64,000 nucleotides of DNA from Selaginella moellendorffii. Its lineage: Eukaryota; Plantae; Lycopodiophyta. The notes under the pieces were generated by a model, which was not told where the DNA came from, ran no database searches, and saw only the letters and a program-made list of their open reading frames with translations. Where the stretch lies: NCBI RefSeq assembly GCF_000143415.4, contig NW_003314264.1, forward strand, positions 2,737,710 through 2,801,709, in the 5' to 3' direction. Positions 12,400 to 27,480 of the stretch are shown here, one piece after another. The first letter of the stretch is position 1, and every line of letters starts with the position of its first letter. The position numbers and the translations under genes are program-made.

Positions 12400-14963
12400 C
12401 ATTTTTGCTTAGTGTTTACAATAGTTGCCCAAAAACAAGTGCAACAGCTTGAAATACAATCATTATGGTCTATACTTGTACAAAAAAAAAGATATTGAAC
12501 ACTTGGATTGGAAGATGATTGAATATATGCTATATTAGGTTTGCTTGCATCAAATGTAATTGAGAATTGCTAATCTCAAAAGCCTTTATGATAGTGTTAT
12601 TTTTTAGAGTATAGAATTTTTTAGTTAAAAACCAGATAGTGTAGTATTTGAAGCAAGTAATAAAATAAAAGATTGTTTTATTGAATCAAGTTCTGTTGTT
12701 GAAGGTTTTAAATAAAACCATAAGTCTTGCAGCTGCAGAAAACTTTCCACATGCAAATAAGAAAAATCAAGACTTTTCACACTAATATAAAATCTATCCT
12801 CTTAGCTGAGAAGAAGTATGGAAGAAATAGAAGAATGGATTGGGTGAACCACCAACTTATAATTAAAGTTCATTCTAAATATTATTTTATTGAGCATTAA
12901 GCTACAACCCATATACCTAATAATAAAAATATGATTATTCAAAATCAAGTGTACTTTGTTTCTCCATTCAGCACAAAAATATTTAAGAAAATCTTCTTCA
13001 TATTTGAAATCAATTTCAAACTTCTCAATCAGCTCCATAACTTCTGTTTATAATTTTCTAGGATCAAAATAAGTGCTGTAAATTGTATGGAACATGATAC
13101 TTATTAAGTTGGTCCATATTCTCATACAAGTGACTTTCTGAATTAGATGCTTCAGCCAATTTCTTCTTATGCATAGTATGATCTAACATTTGAATTTGGC
13201 CCTAAAAATTATAATTAATTAAACATATAATAGTAATTTATATAAATAGCATTTATCTCAACTTCAATATCATCAACTTTGGTTTCCAATATTTATTTTG
13301 TTCCAAAATTTAATCCTTCAATGCTTGCATCCATTATATCATATGTTTTCCTCTCTTGCTTGAAGTTAGAACCTAAACAATATGAATATCATTATTATTG
13401 TAGTGCATATTATCTCTCTTCTTAACTAACTAGAAAAGGGGCAATTGCTTAATAAATTAACCTTTACTGATTATTTTATCCTCATAAATTTATTAAGGTT
13501 CCAAATATTCACAATGATAATATATATAATCTTATTTCATGATCACATATGCTACACTCACCTTTTTTTCAAAGATGTTAATGTTTTTATTGACTATTAA
13601 TTAACAACCCCTCAGTAATAATATATTTAATCTTATCTCATGATCACATACGCTACACTCACCTCCTCTTCAAAGATGTTAATATTTTTATTGACTATTG
13701 ACTAATAACCTCTATTAAACTAAAGAGAACTAACACCTTTAAAAAACATACTCATAAATGCCTAATATATATAATTTTAATTTTAAAGGTAAGAATATAC
13801 TTTGATATTTTATGTAACTATTAATATATGGGAATTGAACCCATGTCATTTGCTCTAATACCACATATAGATATATTGATCAAAGAATAGCTAATAACTA
13901 TTATGGAATTTTATACTCTCTTTTGGTGCAATAATATGCCTAACCATTTGTAATTCATCTTATTAAACTAATTAAAAAATGGGCAATTAAAGAAATTTTA
14001 GTGGTTATTTTATCCCTATATATCCCCCTAAGGTTCCAAGGATCCACAATGACAGTATATCTAAATTTCATCCCATGATCACATATGCTACAATTGTGAT
14101 AATCAAAAACAAAAATGATATATAATAAAAATTATACTGAATTAGTTATTAATCACTATAACTATACCTTATAACAGTTAGTTACAAAAGTAGCATCCAA
14201 ACTTAATAAACTATTAAAACAATATTCAATTAGTTGATTGAATTCTAAGCGTAAAATGTTGTTGAATAGCATCTCCTTCTTGGTAGAAAAACACTTTTTC
14301 TAGATTGATAGATTTTTATATACAAACACTTTTAGCATCATTTGGATGACACTAATAGCTATATACTTCCTCAATAAATTGTTGATGGTTTAAAAACTTA
14401 TGAAATCATCATGACATGGGTCCTCATCATAGATTTCTTTTTAGCCACCATAACTATATGCTCATTATAAATCTGATTTGGTGTATAATCCTGTTGGATC
14501 ATATGAAGGATTCAATGTTAGATCTTCATTAAGAGCTTTTGTGGGAAAAAGAATCATCTAGAATCCCATCTAAATCATAGTGTTCTTCATGATAAAAGTG
14601 CCTTGCACATAATTTAGCCACATATAAAACTAGTTGACACTGAAGTTATATAGGCATCTTTGTTTGTTAGATTTCCAATCTCCTTTAGTCCCATATGTGA
14701 TTGATTTGAAAATGTGACAGTGATGTTCTTTGCCATATTCACAAGAATACCTATTAGAATTATATATTAGAAAGAGATTTAAGTGTAGTAAAAATATCAT
14801 ACCTTATCATTGTGTAATAATTTAATTCTTTTAGTCTCTTTAGATCCTTTGGTGGATGTTTCTTATTATTTAATGTCCAAAAGTTTGTTTTACTTTGTTT
14901 ATTTTGTCCATTAATGAATTTTAGTATATCCTTGAATTCCAAATAAGCTACTAGTGCTTTCAA
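12400..14963 (-). mobile_element. Degenerate Mutator-like (MULE/SWIM) transposase
   Basis: Minus-strand relics VDDIEVEINAI (about 13250-13285), LCIRRNWLKHL, FLKYFCAEWRNK and SWIM-like CTCFWAT (about 12420-12445). Plus-strand FPHAN...FHTNIK...RRMDWVNHQL at 12740-12860. Confidence 0.6.
13415..14092 (-). mobile_element. TRIM-like miniature LTR retroelement nested in the MULE relic
   Basis: Direct repeats starting TGTAGC on the minus strand at 14092, 13657 and 13556. PBS-like TGGTATTAGAGC at about 13853-13864. Polypurine GAAGAGGAGGTGAG immediately before the repeat at 13657. Confidence 0.6.
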
Positions 14964-15399
14964 GCCACTTGCAAAAGTCTAATCAACATTTTCAGCTGTG
15001 ATCATATTTTTCTCTAAAAATTACTAAACTTTTCACATCGATAAAGGTGTATAAATAATAAATTAAACACTTATTTACCTTTAAAAATCTTAATTATCCT
15101 AAAGTTTTAATTTAGTTCCTCCCTATATACAAAATTCAAAATTTAATTAAACTACACAACTATGATTACAAACAAACAAACCAAGCAAACTTTTAGCCTT
15201 TCATATTCACCCTGAGTAATTGAAAAAGGTAGCAAGCCAGGCAAGCCATGAAGTAGGGAGTGGCCGAGTGCCTGGCTGAGCCGGAGTGGCCAAGAGGGCC
15301 AGGAAACCGACTGCCAGTGCTCGGCCCACCGGCTTGCAACTCAGCTCTCGTCTCGTGGCCCTCGCTCTCTCAGCTCCCCTGGCTCGTGGCTCACTCACG

Positions 15400-15543
15400 G
15401 CTGACTGGCTCACGCTAGCTGGTGGGCCGAGACGGCAGAGCCGACTGGTGATCGGGGACCCGAGATGGCAGAGCCGGACTGAGGGCCGAGACGGCAGAGC
15501 CGGGACCTGAGACGGCAGAGTGTCAGGTCCCCCCCCCCCCCCC
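15400..15543. repeat. GC-rich short repeats (GAGACGGCAGAGCCG-like x4) ending in a poly-C run
   Basis: Directly visible; probably a transposon subterminal repeat. Confidence 0.6.
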
Positions 15544-15676
15544 ATGGGTAAATGACTCCTAACTAAGATGACAATTGAGGAGGGTTCTTCACGAGTGGTA
15601 GGCCTGATGGACAGGGGATTGAATAAGGGTACTCACACTTGATTTAAGGTTTGAGGTTATCCCGAGTACAGAACCT

Positions 15677-15890
15677 GCTACAACGTGTGGGTTCCCACGT
15701 ACTGGCTTGGCCCCCGCCACGCTGTCTTTCCCAGTTGCCACGTTTTATAGTTTCGACGTGACAATAGAGAATCCCCGCTACAACGTGCAGATTCCCACGT
15801 ACTGACGCTACAACGAAATTCCCTCTACAACGTGTGGATTCCCACGTACTGGTCTAGCCCTCGCCACGATACTTTTCCCCGTTGCCATGT
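15677..15890. repeat. Repeat array CTACAACGTGnnGnTTCCCACGTACTG x3
   Basis: Copies at about 15677, 15778 and 15825, plus a partial copy at about 15808. Confidence 0.8.
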
Positions 15891-16129
15891 TTCCTGGCTT
15901 TGAAATGGCAAAAGTAAACTAGATTTAACGGGAGGCTGCGGGGAGCCTCTGCTTCTGCAAAAGCCCAGGGAGAATAGTTTGTCATTGGCCAGGGTGAAAA
16001 AGACATCCTTTGAGTTATCGTTTGATCGAGGATGGTCGGTAGCATGACGGTGGCTACACCAAACGCTTGAATTCACACTCTAGTCCGCACGCATATAAAG
16101 GCCAGTGACATTGCTCTGCATATATTCCT

Positions 16130-16229
16130 NNNNNNNNNNNNNNNNNNNNNNNNNNNNNNNNNNNNNNNNNNNNNNNNNNNNNNNNNNNNNNNNNNNNNNN
16201 NNNNNNNNNNNNNNNNNNNNNNNNNNNNN
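16130..16229. other. Assembly gap (100 N)
   Basis: Run of N covering the start of reductase A2. Confidence 1.
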
Positions 16230-17501
16230 GATTCAACCCCGCGAACCCAGTCTCGGTGTGCCAAGTCGCGACTGTGCAAACTCCAAAGCCCGGGCCAGAC
16301 GAGGTGCTGCTCAAGATTCTCTGCCGCCCCGTCAATCCTTCCGATGTGGTCTCGTTGATGGGCATCTATCCAGGCGACTACAAGTTCCCGTATGTCCCTG
16401 GCTTTGAAGGAATGGGAACGATTCACGAGGTAACGCGCTTGTGCTTTCTCTCCAAAGAGAACTTTGAGTGAAACCTTCGCCGCAGGTTGGAGCAAATGTG
16501 AGTGGCTTGAGCGTGGGGCAGCGGGTGTTCCACACTGGACACGGAGGAACTTGGCAAGAGTTCATGGTAACTTCGCCGAGGAACTTGACATTGGTGCCGG
16601 ATTCCATCTCGGATGAAGTTGCTGCACAGTACTACGTGAATCCGTGGACAGGTACTGTGTAAGATTTCCTTGAGTCGTTCAGTATCTATCGTTTTCTCTT
16701 TCTTTTGGAAGCATATGCGATGCTCCAAGCACTCAAGGTGCCAGAGGGAGAGTACGTACTGCAGACTGCGGCCGCATCTGTCCTTGGGAGAATGTTTATC
16801 CAAATCGCTCGTCACCAAGGCATCAAGGTGATCTTTGCTCTTCTTTTGAAACTGCTGGTGATTTCTCAAGTTCCATCCAACAGACAATCAACTTGGTTAG
16901 GCGAAACGAGCAAAAGGAAGAGCTTAAAGCGCTCGGGGCCGACGTAGTGATCAACTTCAAAGAGGAAAACGTACTCAAGATCGTGAGAGAGGTAACCAAA
17001 GGAAGGATGGTTTATGGAGCTACTGATTGCCTGGGAGGCAAAACCACAAAGGTATCATACAATGTTCCATGGAAGCTTATAAGTTTTTCTTTTCTGGCTT
17101 TCCAAGCTTGTGAGCACGACAGTGAGGGACGAAGGCACCATCTTGGTGTACGGGCTCTTGGACGGCGAGGACATCAGCGCAAACCCTCCAGACGTGATCT
17201 TTAGGCACGTCCGCGTTCGTGGCTTCCACTTGACCCGCTGGATCGCGAAGATCGGCGTCCCCGAGCAAAAGAAGCTCGGTGCGAAGATCTGGGAGCTCCT
17301 GGAGAAGAAGGTGATCACTCCATTGACAGGGGAGAAGCTCCCGCTGGAGAAGATCCAGGAAGCCATCGTCAAGAGCCAGGTAAGAGAAGAATTCCTTCCA
17401 TTGAGACTTCGAAATAACAGTCCGAAGCTTATGAACAAAATAATTCCTTCTTCTTGCAGACACCAGCGAGAGGTGGAAAGATTCTCCTAACGAGCTACTG
17501 A
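16230..17501 (+). CDS. ETR-like MDR reductase copy A2 (start codon lies in the N gap)
   Basis: Near-identical to 7548-8843 with the same exon structure; stop TGA 17499-17501. Confidence 0.82.
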
Positions 17502-17553
17502 AGAGCTATCTGTGGAAGAACAATAAGAACTGTGGGTGGCGATTTGGTTTTTA

Positions 17554-18808
<1,255 letters not shown>

Positions 18809-19831
18809 AATGTGCACGGAGAACCAAGAAAACTCCTGACACAGAGAAAACTCCCGTGGGTCTTGCACAGAAACTAGCCGCTGCTGCTGCTGCCACTCAA
18901 AGATCAAATCAATCAGTCACCATTCACGAGAGAAGAGAAAAAGAGAAGCAGACCTGACTCTCTCAAATGGACGAACTTGAGAGTGGAGCTCGCCAGATGC
19001 TCCCTAAAACAAGGAAAGTATGCCTCGCGATGCGGTATAAAATACAGAGACGAGGAGTTTGCAGATCACCAGTCCCTGTAACACACAGAAAAACTCTCTT
19101 TGAGTGGGAGAAAAGAAAGGAGAGAGAGTAAAGAAACCAACATTCATTGTTCCAAAAGAACGAAAAATACCTCTTTGTCAACGACCAGCATTCAGTACCC
19201 TTCAACTCTCATTTACGCCCGGCCACGGGAAAGTATCCAACTGGTGCTGCGAGAGTAGTAGCACTAGTCCAAGTTAGGTGCTGCGCGGCTCCGCGGCCAC
19301 TTTCAATCCATGGCTGGATTGCCAGTCCTGTGTAAAAATCAATTGGGCTGTGCTTCCCTCTGATCCGCTGCTGGCCGCTGCCACCGCTGTAGTCCCATAT
19401 GACAATAACGTTGCTGGGGGCCCTTTTCATCAATGAAGTGGGTTGGGACCAACCCAAAAATGAATTACGCACGAAATAGATGTGCTTCCCCCCGCACACA
19501 AATGCCGCCTCTGGGCAAATGCTGCGACGCGTTTGCATGCCCTTGTCTCACAATCCATGCTTTCATTTTCTTGGATTGCATCGACTGTTTCCATGAGCTT
19601 GTGTCGGGTTGCGTCAACTGTGATGAGAAAACGGAGAACAAAGTTACTATGGAAATCAATCGAGATGACTTACGACCAAAGCGCTTGCACGGACAGGATC
19701 TGGAACTGTGATAGTTGTCACTACGTCAATCATACTAACTGGGAAAGGAAATGGTTTCCTCCTTCGCGGAAGTGTATAACCTTTGCTCATGAAAGTCAAA
19801 ATCTTTGGGCTTTGTATCTAGATCCTAGGTA

Positions 19832-21559
19832 ATGGAGTTTGTTCCATCGCTCGCGGCCGCTCTCCCTCTTCTCGTGGCGATCTTCACAGTTTACGTCCTG
19901 CCGACTTACAAGGAATGGGTGCTTCTCCCTCGAGCTCTTGTCCAGGTTTGTAAGCAGCAAAGTGTCGAGAGCTATGGCGACTCCTCCAGGCCGGGTCGGG
20001 TAAGTCTTCTCGACTGCCCATCGCGGAATTTTGGAGCTCGGTTCATCCAGTTGCTTAGAAGTTCTTGGGCTCTCTCCAGCTCGTCCGCTCCCAAGGACGC
20101 TTGTTCCAATGCTGGGACACGCTCAGCGGGCTCAGCGCTTCCAGCCCCAAGGTCTTCTACGTGTCCGTAGGAAAGATGGTCACGCTGGTCGTCTCGGATC
20201 TCTCGCTGGTTCGAGCGTTTCTCACCAACGATCCGGGGGTGGAGAGCTGCTACTCAAAGCCATCGTTTGTACGAGTCCTCCGAATCCTCGGGAATGGATT
20301 GTTTTCGTCCAGCGGCGATGACTGGGCCAGGCAGCGGTCTCTCATCGCTCCTGCCTTGCTCACCAAAGAAATCAAGGTACGCTAAACTCCATCGCATTCG
20401 TTCGTGCGCATGCCAAGGCTTTCTTCTCTTTTTTTCTTGCTTTCTGCCAGAGCAAGGTACAGGATATGGTGGAATCGACCTCGCTCGCTTTGGAAAAACT
20501 GGCAGTCAAAGCCGAGACGAGCGGCATCGTCGACATGCACAGATTCTTCCTGGGTTTAACTCTCGACGTTCTCCAAAAGACCGTCTTTGGAACGGAGCTC
20601 GGAGCCGATCCTGGAACGCTCTTCCAGACTCTAAAGAGGTACCACCACGGCCGGAGAGAGCTCGTCTTTGGTCTTGCTGCCGTGATCCCGGGATACAGGT
20701 ATTTCCACAACCTTCCAAGCTCTCGATCTGATCATGGATCCATAGATGGTTGCAAGAGAGGCTCCTCACGCAAGCTAGGCAAGACGAGGCCTGGATCCGT
20801 GGCCTAATGAAGGAAGTTCTCGTCCCGGCGGCCTCCACTTCTCGTTCGGATCATCACGGCAATCGCCTCGTCGAGATCTTCCGCGACTCCAGCGCCATGA
20901 CCGAGCAAGAAGCTCTCGACAACTCCGTCACCTTTCTCCTCGCCGGCCACGAGACCACCGCAGCGGTGCTATCGTGGAGCCTCTACTTGCTGGCTCTCAA
21001 TCCCCAGTGGCAGCATCGAGCTCGCGAAGAAGTCTCGCAAGTCCTCGGATCCTCCTGGCCATCGCCATCTCCGTTGTCTTCCACCGTGCTTGCATGGGAA
21101 CATCTCAGCAAGCTCAAGACGATCGGGCTGATCCTCATGGAAGCAGTCCGGCTGTTCCCGCCGCAGCCACTCATCGGGCGAAGCTGCGTGAGAGAGAACC
21201 ATCTGGGCGATATCAGAGTTCCTCCGGGTCTGGAGGTGATCGTCCCCGTCGCGGCGATTCATCGCAGCGAAGAGCTCTGGGGCCGAGACGCAGCCGACTT
21301 CCGGCCCGACCGGTTCGAGAATGGGATCAAGTCGGCTTGCAGCCATCCTCTGGCATACTTGCCGTTTGGAAGCGGGCCGAGGACTTGCGTGGGGCAGAGC
21401 TTGGCCATGGCGGAAGCCAAAGCGGTCCTTGCGATGGTGCTGCTGAGATTCAGCTGGGAGCTGAGCGGCAGCTATCGGCATGAACCCGACGTTACTCTCA
21501 ACCTCCAGCCGAAGTTTGGAATGCCGCTCCTTCTCACCCTCCTGGAACAAACTGCTTGA
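19832..21559 (+). CDS. Cytochrome P450, CYP72 clan
   Basis: N-terminal membrane anchor, LGNGLF...W..QR, FLLAGHETT, EAVRLFPP, FRPDRF, heme motif FGSGPRTCVG. Exons 19832-19999, 20080-20376, 20451-20698 and 20746-21559 give 508 aa. Confidence 0.9.
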
Positions 21560-21694
21560 AAATTCGTCCTAGATCAAGCTCACAGGTCCAAGTTGTTGCC
21601 GACGAAGAGATCATTGCTGCTTAAGTTCTTCTCTCAGAGCCATAGCCATTCTTAAGTTAGCTTAAGAACGAAATGTACGAAACAAGGACGTACG

Positions 21695-21767
21695 GGGGGT
21701 GTAGCTCAGATGGTAGAGCGATCGCTTTGCATGCGATAGGTAAGGGGATCGATACCCCTCATCTCCA
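21695..21767 (+). tRNA. trnA-UGC: tRNA-Ala (TGC)
   Basis: 73-nt cloverleaf GGGGGTGTAGCTCAGATGGTAGAGC...ATCGC-TT-TGC-AT-GCGAT...GGATCGATACCCC...CTCCA. Confidence 0.95.
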
Positions 21768-21853
21768 AATAATTAGTTCAAATTTTGAATTAAATTTTGT
21801 CTAGAGATAATGGAGAGGAGATTCGAATTTGGGTATTCAAACAGTCGACGGCT

Positions 21854-23266
<1,413 letters not shown>

Positions 23267-23727
23267 CGTCAAAGTTCTAAGACCACTGAAGAATAATTAA
23301 CTTGTTAATGCGTAAGGACCTTTTTGCGCAGTTAAATTCCTTTTCGTTTCACTATAAAAGACAGTGCCCAACTTTAGGTTTGGAAGAAAGCTCTTGACGA
23401 TCCACTCGAGTGGGAGATGGCGCTACTGGCACACAAGCAAGAGCAGGAGCTAAAGAAGTTAGCTTTCTTAGTTCTCATGGCGATACTTCTCCAAGCCTGC
23501 TTGGCATCTCAGTATTTTGTGTTAGACACTAGTAATCCACAGAGCATTGAGCCCTATGGCCTCAAGAAAGACACACAAAGGTTCTTATTGGGGAAGCTGT
23601 GGTTGGATTTGATTCACCGATATTAACACAAACCCTATGGTCCTATAATTCCTAAATCGCCATGTAAACAATATATGAATGAAAATCAATTTTTAATTTT
23701 TTAATGTGATATTAAAAAACGAAAGGT

Positions 23728-23800
23728 TGGAGGTGAGGGGCATCGATCCCCTTACCTATCGCATGCGAAGCGATCGCTCTACCATCTGAGCTACACCCCC
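23728..23800 (-). tRNA. trnA-CGC: tRNA-Ala (CGC)
   Basis: Reverse complement is the same cloverleaf with anticodon CGC; T6 terminator at about 23714-23719. Confidence 0.95.
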
Positions 23801-23952
23801 TTAACAATGTTATGCGTCCTTTCACACGTCGGATGAATATCCACCGCCAACGGCCGCGATTGCTTCTCTCACCCCGACCAAGCTAGACCACACCCACACA
23901 CACAGCTTGTGGCGACCACGAGCCAAGCGCCACCACGCTCTCACAAACACAG

Positions 23953-24880
23953 ATGGCCGCCACCATCTCTAGCGTGGCTTCGGCAGCTAAGGTGCGTACA
24001 CTAGATAGAAAACCAGCAATGCTTGATGGGTCGATTGATTCCATTGTCTTGTTTTGAAGCAGCTCTCGTCGGCACAGAATGGAATTCACTCGCCCTCTTG
24101 TTCTTTCTCGTCATCGCCTCTGTTGCCGCTGAGCCGAGGCAGGGCGAGGAAATGCAAAACTGTGTGTCAAGCAGCGTCGGTCCCGGCCAATGTGCCCGAC
24201 ATGGGAAAGCGGCAGCTCCTCAACACCTTGCTCCTGGGAGCACTCTCGTTGCCAACAGTTGGGATCCTGGGACCGTACCTCTACTTCTTTGTGCCACCCG
24301 GGTACGTATGCACCTTTCGAGTTCCTCGGTCTTAGCTCTCGTTTCCAATCAGCTCCGGCGGAAGTGGCACCGGCCTTGTTGCTAAGGACGCCATTGGGAA
24401 TGATATTCTGGTCACCGAATGGCTTGCATCGCATCCTCCTGGCGATAGAACTCTCAGCCAAGGCCTGAAGGTAGGAACGAAAACCAAAAAAACGTTTTTT
24501 GCTTCGTTCGAACTAATAAAAACTGTGCTTTTCAGGGAGATCCAACTTACCTCGTTGTTGAGAACGATGGAACGTTGGCACCATATGCAATTAACGCTGT
24601 TTGCACGCATCTCGGATGTGTGGTTCCCTGGAACAAAGCGGAGAACAAGTTTATCTGTCCTTGCCACGGTTCTCAATACAACAACCAGGGAAGAGTCGTC
24701 CGAGGTCCTGCACCATTGGTAAGTTCAGAACCACGAATATGAATCAAAGAGCTAACCTGTGTACTTGAAAACTTGCAGTCACTAGCGTTGGCTCACTGTG
24801 ACGTCGACAGCAACAAAGTTATTTTGAGCCTCTGGCCCGAGACGGACTTTAGAACGGGAGAGAACCCATGGTGGGCTTAA
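23953..24880 (+). CDS. petC: Cytochrome b6f Rieske iron-sulfur subunit, chloroplast precursor
   Basis: Transit peptide, [56 protein letters not shown]. Confidence 0.96.
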
Positions 24881-24997
24881 AAACACCTGTGCTCGCTTTG
24901 CTCGAGACAACAAATTTGTAAAAGGCAATGTTATATACGGAAGTCCCTGTCTTATTAAATAATTTCGAAAGAACATGCTTCATACCATCCCTGGAGT

Positions 24998-27050
24998 CTA
25001 TCGAGCGTCCTTTGACAGCAGGCTGTTATTCTGGACAGGACGGGCATTGCTCAAATTATCAACCGCGTTTCCTCTCTCAAACACAGCAGCGGCTCCCATC
25101 CCACTACCTGCAAACGTTGGGAACGTCAATCAAAAAGCTGGAATGAAAAACGTGACTTCATTACCTATACACATGGATATGACTCCGAATCTACAGTCTT
25201 TTCCTCTCTTCGACATCTCATGAAGTAAAGTAGCGACACAACGAGCTCCTGCAGCCATCATAAAATGAGGTTTATGCCACAAAGCATGGGTGAGGACATA
25301 CCTGTAGCACCCAGAGGATGGCCAAGAGCCATAGCACCTCCATTCACATTCACTTTTTCGATATCCAAGTCGAGCTTCTTGCAGCTATAAGTGAATTGCG
25401 ATGCAAAAGCCTCATTCAATTCGAATAAGTCAATGTCGCTTATCTCCAGACCGGCATCTTTCACAGCTTTCGGGATCGCAACCGCTGGTCCAATACCCAT
25501 GACGGCAGGGTCGACGCCAACAGCAGCAAAACTCCTGCACCATGTTTAAAGTGATTCCCAGATTCTTGTAGTTTAAACGATCAACACCTGAACACCCCGA
25601 GAATTGGTAGTCCTCGTTGAATAGCCACACTTCTTTTCATAAGTAGAACAGCACCCGCACCATCACTGACTTGGCTAGAGTTTCCTGAAAGAACAGAATT
25701 CATGAAGACATGAAGCTCATGCACTTCTCTCGTACCGGCAGTGGTGGTGCCTCCTTTCTTGAACGCCGGCTTCAGTTTTGCAAGGTCTGCAACGTTCGCA
25801 TTGGGCCGCATACCGTCATCAGCAGATATCACGACCGGCTTCTCCTCTCCGGTTTTCGGGTCAACAAGCTGGCAAACAGAAGTTATAGTAGACCTACACT
25901 CGAATCTCACACTGTTACCTTGGTGTGAACCGGAATAATCTCATCCTTGAACCTTCCAGTCGCTGTAGCGGCTGCGGCACGACGATGAGATCTAACCTGA
26001 TATAACATGGTCAAAACCGGTTCACGTATAACTATGAATAAACTTACTGCAGCTTCGTCTTGCTCCTTTCTGGACACGCCGTACCTTTCAGCAACGTTCT
26101 CGGATGTAATTCCCATTGGTAGAAGGCAGTCCTGTGCCTTCTGGTTCATTTCCACCTGCATCAACGAACGCTTGAATCCGGCACAGAAAAGCATAGAGAC
26201 ACCGAACCTTTGGATTCACCGAGCCTTCCCAAGCCACCAAGTTTGCCGTCATGGATTCCAAACCAGCACCGATACCTGAATACGTTTTTCATAAGCGAAC
26301 CGTGGGTGTAATAATTCTGACTCACCAATATCATAGAATCCGGCCTTGATAGCAGCCACAACATCAGCTACTGCTTGGAGGCCAGAAGAACATTGCCTGT
26401 TCACGGTACGAACAGGCACAGTTTCTACCAAGACATAAAAGTTAGTCTCAATGGTGAAAGAAAAACAAGTTATATAGAAAACAAAGAAAAATCATAAACC
26501 TGGAAATCCAGCATAGAATGCTGCCATCCGGCACTCATTTGCACGCTGAGAACCAGGAGCAAGCACGGTTCCCACAACAATGTCGCCAACCTCAGCAGGA
26601 TTCAAGCCAACTTTTTCCACAACAGCCTAGAGAAAACATTTCCCGAGAATAAGTTAATCGCCATTGAAAACGATACCTTAAGAACGGGAGTCAGTAAATC
26701 CTCGGGGTAAGTATCCTTGAAACCCCCACGCTTGGATTTACAAATGGGTGTTCGATACGCACTGAGGAAATCGCAATTCCAGTTGCACAGACAAAAAAAA
26801 TTGAAGAGAAAAAAAGGAAAAACTCACGCTACAACAACGACATCGTCAGAGTAATCGGTGGTCCTGTGATACGCGGCAGAATCCCCAGCGGAGCAAATGG
26901 ACGTCTGCCAGACATGGCGATCGTCAAGAATGCAGCTCCAATTGAGTGAAATAAATTTACCACAAGATTGACGGGGCGAGGCGCCGACGACGGCCGCAGA
27001 TGATCCAGAAGGATCTGCTGGCGCATTCTCAGCTTCCTATCGACCTCCAT
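24998..27050 (-). CDS. KAT2: Peroxisomal 3-ketoacyl-CoA thiolase
   Basis: PTS2 [69 protein letters not shown]. Confidence 0.95.
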
Positions 27051-27480
27051 CTCTCCCCGGCGCGATCGATTGATCGAAGAGAAAACCCTAACACGAGACC
27101 TTACTCCTTTGATGGATGATTGCGTGCTATAGGCGGTGGGCGCTTAATTTTTACTTGATTTCCACGTCAGCTTACCTATATTAAGACATTGCTAAATTTA
27201 GACCAGATGATCAGATAGAATATTCATAGAACTTCACTTTTGTTTTATAATCTTCGAATATTCTTGGAATAAGTTCGTTAGAGATCGACGGTCCGTCATA
27301 ATCAACGGCTGACATTCAAAGATCCGGGATTTTAACTTAGAACCCTAAAAGTTTGGGGTTTTGGGGCCTCGCACGATGCGCATTCTAACCTGTCCGCTGT
27401 ACTTCGATCTCCCAGCAACGCTCTTTTCTGCCAGTGTGGCCATGAATTTCGCGTTCCTGTAGCACGATTCTTGCAAGGAA

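Noticed and set aside
15677-15890. Repeat-spacer pattern resembling a CRISPR array
   Set aside because: Plant nuclear context, only three imperfect repeats, irregular and partly homologous spacers, and no cas genes.
23417-23626. 69-aa ORF with a hydrophobic stretch (possible secreted peptide)
   Set aside because: No known peptide motif and no supporting splice or promoter evidence.
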